DNA of 64,000 nt from Tubulanus polymorphus (Eukaryota > Animalia > Nemertea), in NCBI RefSeq assembly GCF_964204645.1, contig NC_134030.1:9327222-9391221 (forward strand), written 5' to 3'. Every line of letters starts with the position of its first letter. The stretch's first letter is position 1. Of this stretch, positions 60,226 to 64,000 are shown one piece after another. The notes beneath the pieces are model-generated. The model saw only the letters and a list, made by a program, of their open reading frames with translations. It had not been told where the DNA came from and made no database searches. The translations under genes were made by a program, and so were the position numbers.

Positions 60226-62338
60226 CTACAAATGAAAATTCATTCATTTTTGATTAATAACTAACTAATGTTATCGTTTAATGCCTGTTGTTATTTTGAC
60301 CCAATAACGCTGGAAAAACATCCTTTTTGTTCCGATTACGATGATACGAAATACATATATTTACAGTAATGAGTAACTCTTTATAGAAAATCAGATAATT
60401 TTCTACATTGTATATACACAGCAAGGAAGTCTTATTGTCAAACATGCAGAATGTCGTCTTAAGAATTAATTAACGTTTAATGTATGCTCATATACATAGC
60501 CTTAAGAATTATTCGACTTCTTCATACAGGCATACCATGCGCATTGACCCTTGTCGACGATATACACTGAATACGTCGAACTCGACGTTTAATTAATGTA
60601 CGTATAAATAAACTTTTCAAGTTCTTTATATAAGGCCTTCATACAAAAATACCCTGCACGCGCATTGGCCCTTGTAGATATAAACTGAACAAAAACGAAG
60701 AAATATTTATCGACATCGCCAACGTTTAGTTGAAGTACTCGAACGGGGCATTTTAGCTACAGTTTTGGCGTGAAAATGGCGTGAATTTATCAAACTAAGT
60801 CTTTCGATCGATAAAACTACCGATTGTGGCTTAGAGGAAAAGAAACGTGCTCCAGATGCGAATGAAAATGCGGACCTTTTGCGAACTTCCCTATCCCGGC
60901 GTACGCGCCTCAGCCGACCGGTAAAATCAATCGTTCCCAGAACAACCTTTCTTTCAATCCTATAACTTATTGTGGCGATTTGTTGCAGAGGCTCACGTGG
61001 CTTAAACCCGCGAATACATCGATCACCGCTTTCCACCTGTCCAAAACCTGGTTGGATTGGTCGATATTCGACGTGAAAGTTCATGCGTCTGATTACAATT
61101 GGTTATCGGTCATTAGAAACGCATCAATTTTAAACGATTGATTGTTCAACCTTTCTCCGATGATAGGTACAATGACTTCATTCACTTATTACTCCGCCAA
61201 CCCCTTACGTATTTATTTACAGTTCATCGCCGTAAAACATAATTAGAATATTGATTAAAGCCGTAAAACCTAATTAAAATACATATCACTTATCAGCTTC
61301 TGCAGGTCTGCAGGGCCGTCTGAGCGGGGCGGGGGTGTTTGCGCCCCAAGAATTTTGGAAAAGTGCTCATTTTGCAAATATGATTGTTATCCAATAGAGC
61401 CCTTTTTCGGGATTCCTCCCCCTCCCCCCCCCCCCCGAATCAAATGCTAGGTACAGCCCGGTTCAGAGCACAATTCAGGAAGCAATCATATTGAAACCGC
61501 ATTGAAAACGTATTTTAAGATTACATATAACCACAAGTTAATCAATTTTGGAGCTAAAGTTCATGTACTTTATCTTCTTTCGTGTATAAGTGGACAAAGC
61601 GATGAAAGCCAAAATAGGTGTGAGATTTTGGCAAGCTAACCAGTATACAACTCAAAATCATGGAAAGTCGGTTGGTAAAACGAAGAAATTAGTTATATAT
61701 GCCTTTGTAGGTAGTAAGCTATCAGTAAGGTTATCAGTTGTCATGTAAAACCCGCTGAACAGATGCACTGTTATACGATGCAATGCGAAAGGTTGCAGCG
61801 AGGAAGATTTGTCAAAATGCTAACAACAGTTTGAGTCACGCAAAGTACTGATATTCGCCGAATTTGTGTCGAATACCGGTCTGAGAAATCCGTTACGATA
61901 TCGTATACAATTATATTTAATTAACAAATGTTACAATATCAACAGCTTTTATGGCTTTGGATTTGCTTCGCATACCCGCAGGAAATTCCATTTTATCGAC
62001 GATTTAAAATCAATGTAGATATTAAACACAAGCGAATCGTCGTAAAATGGAACGCGCTTGTGACCATGAAATGATTATTGACCGTGAGGTCTATCAAAAT
62101 TTCAACTAATAAATTCCATTGTTAATATGTTAGGTTTTGGTGATTTAGCACTTGCTTTATTTTCAGAATACATTTCAAGACAAAGGCTAAAATTAAGTGT
62201 GTATAATATATCCAGAAATGACTGAATATTTCCCTAATTTTGGCCATAAGACCAGCCAATTCTTAGCTCCACGTAACTATGCCACCAAAAGCCCAACAGA
62301 TAAACGAGTCTTTTATTTTTCTTCGTTCATCTTTTTAC

Positions 62339-62517
62339 CTGTCGTTCAGTGAGATCCAACGCTACTGCGATCTCGTACCTCCGTAACCGCGTCAGGTAAT
62401 TGTGTATTGCGAATTCTTTTTCCAACTCCTTGATTTGATGCTTCGTAAAAGCGGTTCGTTCTTTCCGCGGCTTCGTCGCCAAGTCCATTTGGTACGACGA
62501 CTCCGAGCCGCTAGTTC
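62339..62517 (-). CDS. Meox: Meox/Mox homeobox gene, homeodomain exon (helices 1-2)
   Basis: [45 protein letters not shown], diagnostic of Meox; flanked by AG/GT on - strand. Confidence 0.95.
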
Positions 62518-64000
62518 CTGAAAGAAATTACATGACATACGTTATCCCGCAGTGGAGGGCGGAAGAAAAAACCAAATCAGTTTTCGCGATCTTCGTTAAG
62601 TTACGCGATGAAATTCAGAAAGTGGAATTAACCTGGGCCCGGTTCCGCAGGGCGTAGTTGTCCCTTAATTATGATTAAATCACTAATCATAATTAAATCA
62701 TTATAAGTTAGGTATTTCAGTAAACGTAATCAACTTCGATTATGATTAAGTCAATTTCAAAAATCAATTCTCTTCTAGAGCAAAATTAGATCATTCATTG
62801 CTATATCTATGCGATTAAGATATCAAGAATGGTAGGCGCCTATGCGTTGTTTAAGATTATAGGTAAAAAGTAATTGTATTCTTTTAACGAATCGAAGTAT
62901 CCCCGATATGAAGAGATGCCCGCGAAACTTTTCCGTAGCAACCGCCCTTAGGAAAGCAACAATAACAAAACGACATAGTAGCTACAGTATGTCTATTTGG
63001 CGTTAGCGTTATTGCGTCAGTTGTATTTATTTTACGGCCACGCATCTATTTTGTTTTAGGTATCTAACTCGGCTTCGATACAGTAAATGTCCCGCGGCGA
63101 AGTTATCCACGCTGACAGAATCATTTGGAAATTTGGAAATTACTTTTTTTACCTGACTGGTAGAATGATATTAATTTCAGTATTCAGAGTTGATAAGTAA
63201 ACATCCACGTTGACGATTGTAAAACCATTTTTTTATAGCAGTTTCGGGGTTTTGACTAAACTCCATCACCAGAGAAACCAAGATAACATAATAAATAACA
63301 TAGTACAGTTATCATTTTCAAAAGTAATTTTCAAATTATTGTTTATAATCATTATTTTGTTATTTTCGTTTCTCCGATCATGGAGTTAAGTCTAAACTGC
63401 GAAACTGGGAAACTCCGAAACTGGGATTAATCAACAACTCAGCGTTTTTACTAATCAACTTTGTGCTTATTCGGGTTCCTATTCAAAGTTTCTATATCGC
63501 ACGTATTGCGTTTTAAAAATCTAATTATTCTGTTTTCTTATTATATCGTTGAACATCGATGAGATTGTATTCGATTGGCCCTGGATCATTTTCTCGGTAC
63601 GTTTTAAATCGGTTTGCAAAAAACGCGTGTCTGGTGGTAAGGTTTTGACAGCCTTGTCACTCTTTCACTTGTCCGTGAAATTGAGTTTGTAAACCTCGCA
63701 GCCGAGGAGAACATAGCGCTTCCATTGCATCTGCATATATACGACGGGATATTTCCCGTTTTGCTCGTGTTTTACCATGAAAAGAAATGTTACACTTGGA
63801 TCTAGACGAATCCAAATGATTTTAACGGATGGTTACCTGGTGATGATCTTTGGTCGCTGTTATTCAACAGAATATTACCCTTTAACCCGTTGTCTATTAA
63901 ATTACTGAAATTCTGATGGGGATAATTCCCGTAAACGCCGCACGGCGAATAACCATTGTTCGTGACGTAATCGTTGCGCATCGTCTGCTGGTCACCGTTG

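Noticed and set aside
60707-61084. 125-aa minus-strand ORF in the Meox intron
   Set aside because: No recognisable domain or splice support; the two homeodomain exons join directly in phase.

Overview
This is genomic DNA from an invertebrate animal (GT-AG introns, many short MITEs and SINEs), not a prokaryote. Positions 60-57569 (+) hold 50 phase-consistent coding exons (about 5,070 codons in the window; the 5' part lies upstream) of an unsplit KMT2C/D (MLL3/4, trr+Lpt-type) H3K4 methyltransferase. Its visible domain order is PHD cluster, HMG box, Pro/Gln-rich disordered regions, ePHD, FYRN, FYRC, Win, SET and post-SET. Converging on it from the right are the last two exons of a Meox/Mox homeobox gene (- strand). 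A structurally complete DIRS1-type tyrosine-recombinase retrotransposon (37902-43987; ITRs, ICR, gag, RT-RNaseH-MTase, YR) sits in sense orientation in one intron. Its termini are near-perfect but it carries three apparent coding lesions. The most unusual items are: (1) a 24 x 54-nt coding tandem repeat (QGDCGTPHGCGEPTGQxx) in the KMT2C/D disordered region, in which most units also carry an in-frame 5' splice-site-like motif; (2) a non-canonical WDR5-binding Win motif (GCVRTE); (3) two related hammerhead-ribozyme-like motifs in sense introns; (4) a dozen MITE copies all in one orientation, often just after splice donors; (5) KMT2C/D-Meox linkage. Exon boundaries were read by eye and checked for phase, and are not confirmed by transcript data.
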